Source: a virus. From it: a DNA stretch of 13,617 nt. Location: the IMG/VR virus record IMGVR_UViG_3300027503_000005; one strand, written 5' to 3'. The translations under genes were made by a program, and so were the position numbers. Positions 5,325 through 13,164 of this stretch are shown here, piece by piece (position 1 is the first letter of the stretch; every line of letters starts with the position of its first letter). A model generated the notes under the pieces. That model ran no database searches and was not told where the DNA came from. It saw nothing but the letters and a program-made list of their open reading frames with translations.

Positions 5325-5980
5325 GCTGCTGGCGGTGTTGGTGTTTGCGGTCCCATGTCTTCTACCCATATCGCGCAGTCACTGATGACTAGGCGATTCG
5401 CAAAGCCTGTTGAGCGTTGGGTCACTGCTCGAAATGTTTGCGATCCTGTAGCCGCAAAGTGGATTACGAATTCGAGTGTGGCCGATTGAGGTTTGCTGAT
5501 TTCGATCCAGTTTTGCGCTCGCGCTCGAGTGGTTCCCGAACCGTTGTCGACTGCGATTTGTGCGTTGCCGCTTCCGTCTGTCGCGATAGTCGGGCAGGTG
5601 AACGTGCACTTGTAAAGGCGGTTAGCCAGGGCGTTGATGGTGATTGAGCCGTTTGTTACCGCGACGTCACTACCTGCCGGCGTTGAATAATCTACCGAAA
5701 GGGTGTGGCGCCATGAGAGGCCGTTTGTGCCGCCTGATGTCGCCGCGACCAGTCCCCAGGGGCGAGACCAGGGCGGGCGCCAGCCTGTAGTTGCGCCGTA
5801 GTAGACCTCGAGGCTGCCGGTGTCGAGTAAATAGGAAAAGGTGCCTACGACGGGCGAAACGATTGCTGCTGAGCGTGCCGCCGAGTTTGCGAATTGTGGA
5901 ACGCTGTTGTCGCGCAGGTAGGTGTTGAAATTGGCAGCTGTTACTTCCTCGAGAGCTGCCCAGGTTTTGTATCCGCCCAT
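5321..5980 (-). CDS. Minor tail protein / tail fibre (probable receptor-binding protein)
   Basis: The N-terminal sequence KTWAALEEVTAANFNTYLRDNSVPQFANSAARSAAIVSPVVGTFSYLLDTGSLEVYYG...W matches the conserved N-terminus of actinobacteriophage minor tail/fibre proteins. A strong AAGGAG SD is present. It is the last gene of the tail module. Confidence 0.7.
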   Translation of the reverse strand: MGGYKTWAALEEVTAANFNTYLRDNSVPQFANSAARSAAIVSPVVGTFSYLLDTGSLEVYYGATTGWRPPWSRPWGLVAATSGGTNGLSWRHTLSVDYSTPAGSDVAVTNGSITINALANRLYKCTFTCPTIATDGSGNAQIAVDNGSGTTRARAQNWIEISKPQSATLEFVIHFAATGSQTFRAVTQRSTGFANRLVISDCAIWVEDMGPQTPTPPAA

Positions 5981-5991
5981 GATTTTGCTCC

Positions 5992-7251
5992 TTATGCTTT
6001 GAGGGTGTTTGAGTAGTCTAAATAGCCGAGAGTGCCGCCGTTGAGTCTGAAAACATTGACAGCGTAATTCAGCGGGTGCGCCGCACAGGTGACGTACACC
6101 TGCCAGCTGTCGCTTGCAGCGTCATAATTGTGCGTGACGCCTACCGCTAAAGCTTGGGCGACTAGGCCTTCGGTGTTGAGGTCAATGACCTGGCCGATTC
6201 CGTCGGTGAGAAGCGCAGGCCATAACGCTGCGGCTATGTCGGCCGAGGCTTGCGGGTCGAGTACGACGTTGAGCGGTACGCGGTTCGGAATTTGTTTGTA
6301 GAAAAGCAAAGCCAGGTTCGCCCACCATGTTAAATCTGTAGAGCTTTGCAAGACTGTTTGATAGTTCCAGGTTGCGCGACCGTAGTAGTCAATGCTGTCG
6401 GTGTCGCTGACTCGAGTGCTGATGAGGCTATTTGTGCTTGTGGCGTTGATGTCGTTTCTGACGCGGTCATATGCGATGCCTGGCAAAGTAGCTGAGGCTA
6501 GGCCGTCGCACAGGTCGTCGTCGAGGCTGAACCATAAGCTGCGCAAACCTTCATACCAGGCGGTTGCGTAGGTTACGGTGCCGTCAGGTTTTAACGTCAG
6601 CAGGCCGAAATCGCTTACTACAGTGCGGTCAATAGCCTCGAGCGCCTGGGTGGTTCCTAGTGTTTGGAACATGGGCCGGCCGGCGCCAGGTAAAGCAAGC
6701 GAAATTTGTGTTGCGTAATTGACGGCCGTCATGATGTCTGCGATGCGTTGCGATGCGACCTGGCCGCCTGGGAATAGTGCGCTGCTGGGTAGTTCTGCTC
6801 GAGCTAGCCTGGTGAATAGGTCGCCAGCTGTGAACGTCGCGACGTCGTTTTCCCATTCAAGCGACCATACGAAGCCGGTGTATTGCACATAGTCGGTGCC
6901 GGCCCAGCTTGCTGATATGCGTAGGGGCATTCCGACGCGTAGTTTGTTCACTTTTGGTGACAGTGTGTTTGCAGGGTCGAAAACGCGGTCAGGGTCGTAA
7001 AGTTTGACGGTTGCGTAGCCTGGATTTACGCCGAGGAAATCGGTAGAGCTGGTGGCGCCGCGTCGCCATGAGCAGGCCATAACTTCGCAAGCGACGTTCT
7101 CGAATTGTGAGCTGTTGCCTTCTAAATAGTTGCCGGCATTGAGGCGGCCTAGTGTGGGATCGTTGAGAGTAAAGGCGTCATTGTCAGCAATCCACAATTC
7201 GACGCTGAGCGTCGGTAGTTTTGTGTTTGCCGGTCGACTGTAATAGCTCAT
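5992..7251 (-). CDS. Minor tail protein, distal-tail (Dit)-like
   Basis: It lies immediately downstream of the tape measure. The segment SWRRGATSSTDFLGVNPGYATVKLYDPDRVFDP fits the RG...G.a.v.L.d.d..fdP pattern of siphovirus Dit family proteins. Confidence 0.7.
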   Translation of the reverse strand: MSYYSRPANTKLPTLSVELWIADNDAFTLNDPTLGRLNAGNYLEGNSSQFENVACEVMACSWRRGATSSTDFLGVNPGYATVKLYDPDRVFDPANTLSPKVNKLRVGMPLRISASWAGTDYVQYTGFVWSLEWENDVATFTAGDLFTRLARAELPSSALFPGGQVASQRIADIMTAVNYATQISLALPGAGRPMFQTLGTTQALEAIDRTVVSDFGLLTLKPDGTVTYATAWYEGLRSLWFSLDDDLCDGLASATLPGIAYDRVRNDINATSTNSLISTRVSDTDSIDYYGRATWNYQTVLQSSTDLTWWANLALLFYKQIPNRVPLNVVLDPQASADIAAALWPALLTDGIGQVIDLNTEGLVAQALAVGVTHNYDAASDSWQVYVTCAAHPLNYAVNVFRLNGGTLGYLDYSNTLKA

Positions 7252-7253
7252 CG

Positions 7254-8891
7254 TCAGCTATTCCAGGGGAAACGGCCGTTGCGCTGATAGTAGTCATCGA
7301 GCTGGTCGACAATGGCACTGCCGACGTCATATCCGTTAACGCCTGGCGGAATAGTCGCGTTGATAGTCACATTGACTGGCTGGATCAGGCCGGTGCCGAA
7401 TCCGTTGGGGATAATTTGGCCGGCCTGGTTAGGTACGAAAAGCTCAGGGCCTTGCTCGCCGACGACGTAGGCCTTATTTGTGAACACTGAGCCGCCTAAA
7501 GCTCGAAAGCCGCCGAAAATATTCTCGAAAGTACCGCCGAGGAAGCCGCCGGCGCCGCCGAGCAGGTTTCTGATAAAGCGCAAAGCTCCGGCGATGGCGT
7601 CGCGTAGGCCGCCGATTAGTGTTTCCTCGACGAAGCTGATGATGCCGTCAGCTATTGCTTTGCCGATTGAGCGGGCAAGGCTAAAGGCTGGCAGGACTAA
7701 ATCGGCGACAGTTACGGGATTGCTGAAAATTCGGCCGAAAGCTGAAGGCAAGGTACCGGCAATGTATCGAATTACGCCGTCAATGAAGCCGCCGACGAAA
7801 GCTTCGGCTACGTTGCTGCCTGATTTGTTTAAGCTCTGTACGTTTTTGCCGTCGGTGCTTGCGCTGTCAATCGCTCCGACTACCTGGGTGAAGCGCTCGA
7901 AAATTGACGGGATACCGTTTTCAGGGTCGCCGTAAATAACTTTGAGCAGCCATTCGCTTGCCCTCGCTGACCATTCGCGAAAATCAGGCACGTTTTTGTT
8001 GACCCAGTCGGCTACTAATGTGCGCAGGCCATTGAGATCGCCGCCCCAGGTTTCTGCAAGCCTGGACCATACGCCGCTGATGCCGCTTTCGCTGAAGCGT
8101 TCTACAATGGTTGACGCGACGCCTACCAGGTCTTGAAAGATTGGCAGCAATTTTTCGCCGATTGCGATTTGTAGGTTATCTAGTTGCGCTCGCAGTACCT
8201 GGCTTTTGTTGCCTAGCTGGTCCTGTTCGCGTGCGAAAGCTCCGGTGGCTGTGGCGCTTTGTTCCTGTAATGCTGCCAGGGTTCCGATGATGTTTTGCTG
8301 TGTTGTGAGCGTTCCGTTGACTTCCTCGCCTGTTTTGCGAAAGTAGGCGGCCTTGACGCTTGCATCGTTGAGCAGGATTCCGAAGCGCTCGATGGGGTCG
8401 CGTTCGCCTCGAAAAGCTGAGCCGATGGCGTTGATCGCGTCCTCGACGGGGATATCGGCGAAGGCGCCTAGATCGGCTGCGAGCTTTGTGAGTTCTGTGG
8501 AAAAGTTGGCCGCCTCGCGGCCGTTGAGTCCTAAAAAGCGGGCATAAACAGCAAAGCGGTTAGTGGCGTTGATTGCTGCTAGTTCTGATAGGCCTAAGCC
8601 TTTGGCGGCTTGCTCGGCCCACTTTTGCAGCTCGCCGGCAGCGCCGCCATAGTTTTGCTGAAGGGTACCGAGGGCAGCTGACAGGTTCGCTGCTTTGCCT
8701 ACGCCGTCAGCCAGGGCGCTCGCGGCTGCTGTGGCACCTTGCGCGAGTTTGTCGATAGCAAAGGTGGTGACTGCGCTTGATACGCCGGCAGCGAAGCCGG
8801 CGACCTTCGCGCTGAAGCCGTCAAGCTCGTCGCGAGCTTTCCTACTGTCAGCGACGATGTCAACTTTGAGCCGCGCGGGTGTTCCTGCCAT
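7254..8891 (-). CDS. Tail tape measure protein (545 aa)
   Basis: The sequence is Ala/Gly-rich and helical. The core GLSELAAINATNRFAVYARFLGLNGREAANFSTELTKLAADLGAF is typical of the tape-measure family. The C-terminal glycine-rich region and the VGEQGPELFVPNQAGQIIP motif are also typical. The position before the minor tail genes fits as well. Confidence 0.9.
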   Translation of the reverse strand: MAGTPARLKVDIVADSRKARDELDGFSAKVAGFAAGVSSAVTTFAIDKLAQGATAAASALADGVGKAANLSAALGTLQQNYGGAAGELQKWAEQAAKGLGLSELAAINATNRFAVYARFLGLNGREAANFSTELTKLAADLGAFADIPVEDAINAIGSAFRGERDPIERFGILLNDASVKAAYFRKTGEEVNGTLTTQQNIIGTLAALQEQSATATGAFAREQDQLGNKSQVLRAQLDNLQIAIGEKLLPIFQDLVGVASTIVERFSESGISGVWSRLAETWGGDLNGLRTLVADWVNKNVPDFREWSARASEWLLKVIYGDPENGIPSIFERFTQVVGAIDSASTDGKNVQSLNKSGSNVAEAFVGGFIDGVIRYIAGTLPSAFGRIFSNPVTVADLVLPAFSLARSIGKAIADGIISFVEETLIGGLRDAIAGALRFIRNLLGGAGGFLGGTFENIFGGFRALGGSVFTNKAYVVGEQGPELFVPNQAGQIIPNGFGTGLIQPVNVTINATIPPGVNGYDVGSAIVDQLDDYYQRNGRFPWNS

Positions 8892-9385
8892 TAGCTTGCC
8901 TTGTTAGTTTCGGGGCCGATAGCGTCGATGATTTCGTTGATGCCTCGGCTGTAGATCGCTACCCATGTCGGCTCGAGCTGCCGGCCTGTGTCAACGATCC
9001 AGGGGTTAGGTGCAATAAAGAATTGCCTGTCGATTTTGCCGCGTATTTGTTTGGGTAGTTTTTGGGAGCTGCCAGGCCACCCCCAGTGGATAGCGCCGGC
9101 GTAGGGGACTGCTCGACCTACGCCTAGCTCGGCTAGTACCGCTCCGGTGCCAGCTCCTCGCACGTTGGCGCCTACTGTGACGCTGGCGCGTGTCCTGGTG
9201 GCGCTTGGCTTGTGAGCGAAAGCGAGTTTGCCTGTTTTGCGGGGTGCGTTGCGGGCCGCTGCTGTCGTTACCAGTGTCGCGATTGTTTGGTTGAGGTCTT
9301 TCAGGTCAGCTAGTTCGCCGTTGGCTTTTTTGATTGCCTGGCGTAGCTGTGAAGCTCCCTCGACTTTTAACAGCGGCCCAGCCAT
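8891..9385 (-). CDS. HK97 gp10-like head-tail/neck family protein (164 aa), sitting in the slot normally held by tail assembly chaperones
   Basis: I trimmed the 225-aa track ORF to the ATG at 9385, because the 61-aa extension is Arg-rich out-of-frame-looking sequence that overlaps the upstream gene. KVEGASQLRQAIKK...AARNAPRKTGKLA...ASVTVGAN...VPYAGAIHWGWP...RQFFIAPNPW follows the gp10-family pattern. A TAATG overlap joins it to the tape measure gene. Confidence 0.55.
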   Translation of the reverse strand: MAGPLLKVEGASQLRQAIKKANGELADLKDLNQTIATLVTTAAARNAPRKTGKLAFAHKPSATRTRASVTVGANVRGAGTGAVLAELGVGRAVPYAGAIHWGWPGSSQKLPKQIRGKIDRQFFIAPNPWIVDTGRQLEPTWVAIYSRGINEIIDAIGPETNKAS

Positions 9386-9387
9386 CG

Positions 9388-9768
9388 CTAGGCCTTCGTG
9401 ATCGTTCCCTCGACGGGGAGCGAAAGCGAAAAGCTGAGCGGGTCGCCAGCTGCGCCGCCTGCCGGTGGTTTGCGGCCTGCGACTTCGCAGGTGAAGGTCA
9501 CGCCGTTGATATCCATGACAGCGGTGAGCGTTGAGCCTGACGTTGAGGCGGTCCACAGCAGATCGCAAAGGCTGTCAACTTCGCCGAAATCCTGGTAGCC
9601 CTCGATTGCGAGCGCGTAGGTTTCCTGGTTGGCGGTGTAGGTGCCGCAGAACGTGCGAACCTGTGTTTCGCTGTTGCTGGTTTCGAGGCGGGCGTTTGAG
9701 AGCTGGCATTCATAGTCGACAGCCTCGAGCGACAAGGTGAGCGTCGAGATTAGTACGGGGGCGGGCAT
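9388..9768 (-). CDS. Candidate major tail protein (126 aa)
   Basis: The call rests on position (after the terminator-like gene and before the tape measure), a beta-rich sequence, and a good SD (CAGGAGACTGAAACCATG). I recognised no diagnostic motif. Confidence 0.45.
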   Translation of the reverse strand: MPAPVLISTLTLSLEAVDYECQLSNARLETSNSETQVRTFCGTYTANQETYALAIEGYQDFGEVDSLCDLLWTASTSGSTLTAVMDINGVTFTCEVAGRKPPAGGAAGDPLSFSLSLPVEGTITKA

Positions 9769-9772
9769 GGTT

Positions 9773-10153
9773 TCAGTCTCCTGTTGGGATTTTGACGGGG
9801 TAAGGGATTGTTAGACCTACTGCGAACACATTGGCGTCGCCGTAGCGGGCGGGTCCGATGTTGATTTCCTGGGCGAGCGGGCCGGCCCAGGCGATCAGTG
9901 TTTCGAGGTCGGTTTCTAGGTTTTCTACTGATGTCGGGTCAGCTGTTTGAGCTGCTGACATGACAGCGATTTTCAGGTTGTAGTTGTAGCGGGTATGGCC
10001 GCTGATGCTCACTGGTTGTATTTCGTCGGGGGCGACGATCACGCAAGGCACGATTGGAGCGCCTGGCGGGTACCAGCGGTACACCTTGTAGCTGGGGTAG
10101 AGCTGTTCCAGCTCGAGGGCTACCGCTTCGCGGGCGTCAGCGAAAACAGTCAC
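9773..10153 (-). CDS. Tail terminator / tail completion-like protein (126 aa)
   Basis: FADAREAVALELEQLYPSYKVYRWYPPGAPIVPCVIV resembles the conserved N-terminal pattern of actinophage tail terminators (FPDAe.vv..L......v....P....lP.v.v). It uses a GTG start in a GTGA overlap. Confidence 0.5.
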   Translation of the reverse strand: MTVFADAREAVALELEQLYPSYKVYRWYPPGAPIVPCVIVAPDEIQPVSISGHTRYNYNLKIAVMSAAQTADPTSVENLETDLETLIAWAGPLAQEINIGPARYGDANVFAVGLTIPYPVKIPTGD

Positions 10154-10497
10154 GAAACTAGGCCTGACGTCGAAAGCCAGGGCGCTAACAGCACGCCGTA
10201 GCGCCGTATCAGCACAGTGTTGACAGTGGCCGGCACGTTTTCGATCCAGTTGACCTGCAAGGTGCCGTCGATTCCGACGCCGGCTTTGTAAAGCTCCGAA
10301 GCGATAAACAGCGCAGCGGTTACTACAGCGTCAGGCACAGCGTCGAGCGGTTCGCCTTCGCTGTCCTCGAGTGTTACCAGGCCAGCTATGGCTTCGGTCG
10401 CTGTCATTACAATGCGGTCGCCTACTGTGGCGTCAATAGGGGCGCCAAGCTGCTGCTCGAGCTGTTCTACTGTGATCCAGGGGTAGGCGAGTGACAT
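10150..10497 (-). CDS. Head-to-tail adaptor (gp6-like connector)
   Basis: It is the first gene after the capsid gene. WITVEQLEQQLG...ATEAIAGLV...VVTAALFIASELYKA fits the gp6-like head-tail connector pattern. Confidence 0.55.
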   Translation of the reverse strand: MSLAYPWITVEQLEQQLGAPIDATVGDRIVMTATEAIAGLVTLEDSEGEPLDAVPDAVVTAALFIASELYKAGVGIDGTLQVNWIENVPATVNTVLIRRYGVLLAPWLSTSGLVS

Positions 10498-10518
10498 GGG
10501 TCAGCTTTCGTAATAGTT

Positions 10519-10553
10519 CGCCGCGCCAGGCGATGAGTGGACCTGGCGCGGCG
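10519..10553 (-). terminator. GC-rich stem-loop downstream of the capsid gene (attenuator or mRNA-stabilising hairpin; weak as an intrinsic terminator)
   Basis: The stem is a perfect 12-bp pairing of cgccgcgccagg (10519..10530) with cctggcgcggcg (10542..10553) around an 11-nt loop. It sits in the largest non-coding gap (10498..10560). On the transcribed minus strand it is followed by AACTATTA, which is not a clean U-tract. Confidence 0.45.
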
Positions 10554-10560
10554 AGATTTT

Positions 10561-12057
10561 CTAGGACAGGTCGCAGTAAGCGAAGGCGCCAGGGTATCCC
10601 ACTGACAAAGCGCCGTAGCCGTACACTCCGAGGTCGATTCCGAGGATCGAAACGTCGACTGCGCGGATTTCGACTGGTTGACCTGCGCGTTCCCACCAGG
10701 TAGCGCCGAGGCTTGAGCCTAATAAAGCATGGCCGGCCGGAAGGTCGCGCTCGAGGTAGACAGTGAGGCCGTCTGCGCTCATGGTCGGGGTCATGCTGCC
10801 GAATTGTACGCGGCCGTCCCAGAAAGCTGGGCGGTCCGAATCAGCCAGGCTGATCCAGGCGGGCAATAAATCGGGAGCGATAGCCAGGAAAAGCGGGCCT
10901 GGCGGGGTTGCTGAAAAATCGAGGGCGCCGATCAAGCCGCTGACGATGTCGACTGGTGACGATGAGCCTACTGTTGTCGCTCCGCCTGCTGCTGTAATGA
11001 GGCCGGACACTGCCGCGGCGTTTGTTTTTTGGCCGAAGCTTACCGAAAGCGCCTCGAGGATAGCTGCGACAGCTGAGGGGTCGGAACGGTCGACTGCTTG
11101 AATCGAAAGTTCGTTAGCGCCGGCGAAGGTGCGAACGGATACTTCCTCGAGGGTGATCGAGGCGTCATCGCTGTTGACTTCGTCGAATTCGTCAACCTGC
11201 TCGTCAACGGTGGGCTTGTTGTCCCAGGCGGGGTAAGTGACCTTCATGCCGGAAGCGGGCAAAGCGCGGTTGGCGATGGCGTTGATGGTTGGGCGGCCTG
11301 GGTTGATGAGGCCGACGATTTCGCCGACGTAGGCAGGCGGGACAATGCCGGCGAGGTCGGTGGTGGTTGATTGTGAAAGCGCAGCGCGTACTTCAGCGAC
11401 GGATAAATCGCCTTTATTTGCTGACGCGATGAGCGACGCGACGCCGGCCAGGTCGAGGCTTTTGGCCGCTGGGCGGGTCGAGTGCGGGATTGGGGCAGCT
11501 GCGACGATTGTCGGCTCGGCTGCTGCTTCTACTGCTTCGGGTTCTTGCATTGGTTCGGGTTCCTGTTCTGTTTGGGGTTCCGGTTGGGGTTCAGTGTTGG
11601 TATTTTCTGACGCTGCTACTGCCATAGCTCGAGCATCGTCGAAAGCTGGAAGCGCTACCTGGCTTACTTCGCGCAGCTGGCTGGCTGCTACTTCTAAAGC
11701 TTCGGCGCTGTGTTCGTAGTCGATTAGGTCGACTCCGACGCTGAGGCCGTCGCGTAGTTTCTCGGCTGCTTCTAACAGTGCCAGGTCGCCGGCTGGTGTT
11801 TCAGGCACTCGAAAACGGCCGTAGAGTCCTGCTTCGTCTTGCCAGGCTTCCTCGAGGTAGCCGAGTGGAGCTTCGGCCTGGTGATCGCGCAGCAATTTGA
11901 CGCGGTCGAGCTGTTCAGGCAGTTGGACACTGCCAGGAGCGAAGCGGGTAGGGCCGGCGCTGGTGTTACCGATGACGCCGAACGGGACTAGCCGGCCGAC
12001 GATAGAACGTCGCTCGAGGTCGGCTGCTGTGATGCTGTAGCTGGCTTGAATTTTCAT
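10561..12057 (-). CDS. Prohead (HK97-type S78) protease fused to an HK97-fold major capsid protein (498 aa)
   Basis: The N-terminal ~150 aa carry LLRDHQAEAPLGYLEE and DGLSVGVDL, the His and Ser contexts of HK97-family prohead proteases. An acidic Pro/Glu linker (TEPQPEPQTEQEPEPMQEPEAVEAAAEP) follows. The remaining ~300 aa are capsid-like. The gene lies directly after the portal gene. Confidence 0.85.
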   Translation of the reverse strand: MKIQASYSITAADLERRSIVGRLVPFGVIGNTSAGPTRFAPGSVQLPEQLDRVKLLRDHQAEAPLGYLEEAWQDEAGLYGRFRVPETPAGDLALLEAAEKLRDGLSVGVDLIDYEHSAEALEVAASQLREVSQVALPAFDDARAMAVAASENTNTEPQPEPQTEQEPEPMQEPEAVEAAAEPTIVAAAPIPHSTRPAAKSLDLAGVASLIASANKGDLSVAEVRAALSQSTTTDLAGIVPPAYVGEIVGLINPGRPTINAIANRALPASGMKVTYPAWDNKPTVDEQVDEFDEVNSDDASITLEEVSVRTFAGANELSIQAVDRSDPSAVAAILEALSVSFGQKTNAAAVSGLITAAGGATTVGSSSPVDIVSGLIGALDFSATPPGPLFLAIAPDLLPAWISLADSDRPAFWDGRVQFGSMTPTMSADGLTVYLERDLPAGHALLGSSLGATWWERAGQPVEIRAVDVSILGIDLGVYGYGALSVGYPGAFAYCDLS

Positions 12058-12064
12058 AGTTTCC

Positions 12065-13150
12065 CTAAAGTGGTGGCAGGTTTTCTAGTTGGCGTACTTC
12101 TGCAATAGTTAAAAAGCCGGCTTCGAGCGCTTGAGCGTATGCCTGGTAACGGCCGGCGGTGTCGCTTCGCAGGTAATCGTCGAGAGCGAACCGGACTCGG
12201 TGGCCGCGTGGTGTCACGTCGCTCATGCTGAGGCGGCTTTCGATTGCGACCAGGTAGGGCCGAAGCGTTGTGTCTACCAGGTCGCGCCGTTGCCCCTCGG
12301 TAGTGGCATAGGTGAGGCTTGAATTTGTCGGGGCGTTGAGGTAGCGGGTCGGTACGTTGAGATGACGTGCAATTTCCGCAACCTGGTGATCGCGTGAGGG
12401 AATTAGCGCGATTTGTTCAGCGTCGAATTGTTGACGCTCATAACGGAAGCGTCGATTCAGGTAGCCGGTGGTGCGCTTACGTCGGCCTGTTTCCCAGGAT
12501 TGGAGCAGCTCGCTTACTTTGTTCGCTGAAAGCTCGGGGCCGTCATCGTAGATAATGCCGGTGGGTAGATCGGTGGAGGCGATGCGGGCAGCGGCCGCCT
12601 CGAACAGTAACGCTGTGCGGATAGTGCGGCCGGCGATCTCGAGCAGGCCAGGCCAGTGAGCTGCGATAGCTATGACGTCTTTTGCTGGCAGCAATATGTC
12701 GCCAGTGTTGGGCAGGCCGCTGATGCGGTACCTGGCCTGACTCGAGTCGGGTGGCGTGACGTTTTCGTAAGGCACATAGCGGACATGAGCAGGGTATCCG
12801 TCTGAATAGCGGCTAATGACTACCAGGTAAGCGGTCGGAAATAGAACTAAATCCTCGACTACTTTGGTCACTGTCGTCGATGTCGGCTCGAGCGGGTCGA
12901 GCTGCTCGATCAGTCCGTTGGGTACGCTTTCGAGCGCAGCGTTGTATCGGCGCAGCGGAAAGGTTCCTACTGTGCCGGCTATTACCTGTAGGCCTTGCGC
13001 TACCGCCGGTACTTTCCAGGCGCTATCGCGTGATAGCGCAATGTCTGAAATATCGGGCAGCGATATGGGGGCGAGGTTCGCCATCGTCGCGGTCGATAAA
13101 TACGGGACACTAGCTTCAATTTGTTTTGGTCGGCGTGTGAATAGGCCCAC
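12065..13150 (-). CDS. Portal protein (HK97 portal family, 361 aa)
   Basis: It lies between the terminase and the protease-capsid gene. The segment DHQVAEIARHLNVPTRYLNAP...LTYATTEGQRRDLVDTTLRPYLVAIESRLS matches the conserved portal core (eIar.f.vP..ll). The start is uncertain: GTG at 13150 or the internal ATG at codon 23. Confidence 0.8.
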   Translation of the reverse strand: MGLFTRRPKQIEASVPYLSTATMANLAPISLPDISDIALSRDSAWKVPAVAQGLQVIAGTVGTFPLRRYNAALESVPNGLIEQLDPLEPTSTTVTKVVEDLVLFPTAYLVVISRYSDGYPAHVRYVPYENVTPPDSSQARYRISGLPNTGDILLPAKDVIAIAAHWPGLLEIAGRTIRTALLFEAAAARIASTDLPTGIIYDDGPELSANKVSELLQSWETGRRKRTTGYLNRRFRYERQQFDAEQIALIPSRDHQVAEIARHLNVPTRYLNAPTNSSLTYATTEGQRRDLVDTTLRPYLVAIESRLSMSDVTPRGHRVRFALDDYLRSDTAGRYQAYAQALEAGFLTIAEVRQLENLPPL

Positions 13151-13164
13151 GCGCCTAGTCTAGC

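Noticed and set aside
5325-5369. The upstream 15 codons of the 63-aa track ORF at 5178..5369
   Set aside because: This extension overlaps the fibre gene's 3' end. The internal ATG at 5324 forms the ATGA stop/start overlap used throughout this genome, so the shorter 48-aa form is preferred.
9386-9568. The 61-codon N-terminal extension of the 225-aa track ORF. It lies in the -1 frame relative to the upstream 126-aa gene, which suggested a G/GT-type tail chaperone frameshift.
   Set aside because: I read the overlap (9568..9388) codon by codon in the upstream frame and found no X XXY YYZ slippery heptamer. AGC TTT TCG and CTC CCC GTC are out of register. The extension is Arg-rich nonsense-like sequence, and a clean ATG at 9385 lies 2 nt after the upstream stop. 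It is kept only as a remote possibility, testable by virion mass spectrometry.
1737-9578. Additional TTGACA -35-like hexamers on the coding strand, near 1742, 7870, 8864 and 9578
   Set aside because: None has a TANNNT -10 element at 16-18 nt spacing, and all are deep inside coding sequence.
10433-10696. 87-aa minus-strand ORF spanning the capsid 3' end, the hairpin and the adaptor 5' end
   Set aside because: It is out of frame with two well-supported genes, its product is very Arg-rich, and it crosses the intergenic stem-loop.
219-12598. Five GCGGCCGC (NotI) sites, at about 219, 3771, 4322, 5154 and 12591, which is more than composition alone predicts
   Set aside because: The count is small. 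The sites largely read as runs of Ala codons (GCG GCC GCx) on the coding strand, so they are most simply codon or dipeptide bias. This is covered by the general k-mer test proposed for CTCGAG.
4160-13163. All other plus-strand track ORFs, for example 4160..4561, 7480..7935, 8695..8907, 10763..11101, 11345..11719 and 12864..13163
   Set aside because: Each lies entirely antisense to a well-supported minus-strand gene (lysis genes, tape measure, capsid, portal). The translations are Ala/Arg/Ser-rich with no recognisable motifs. The genome is otherwise strictly unidirectional.
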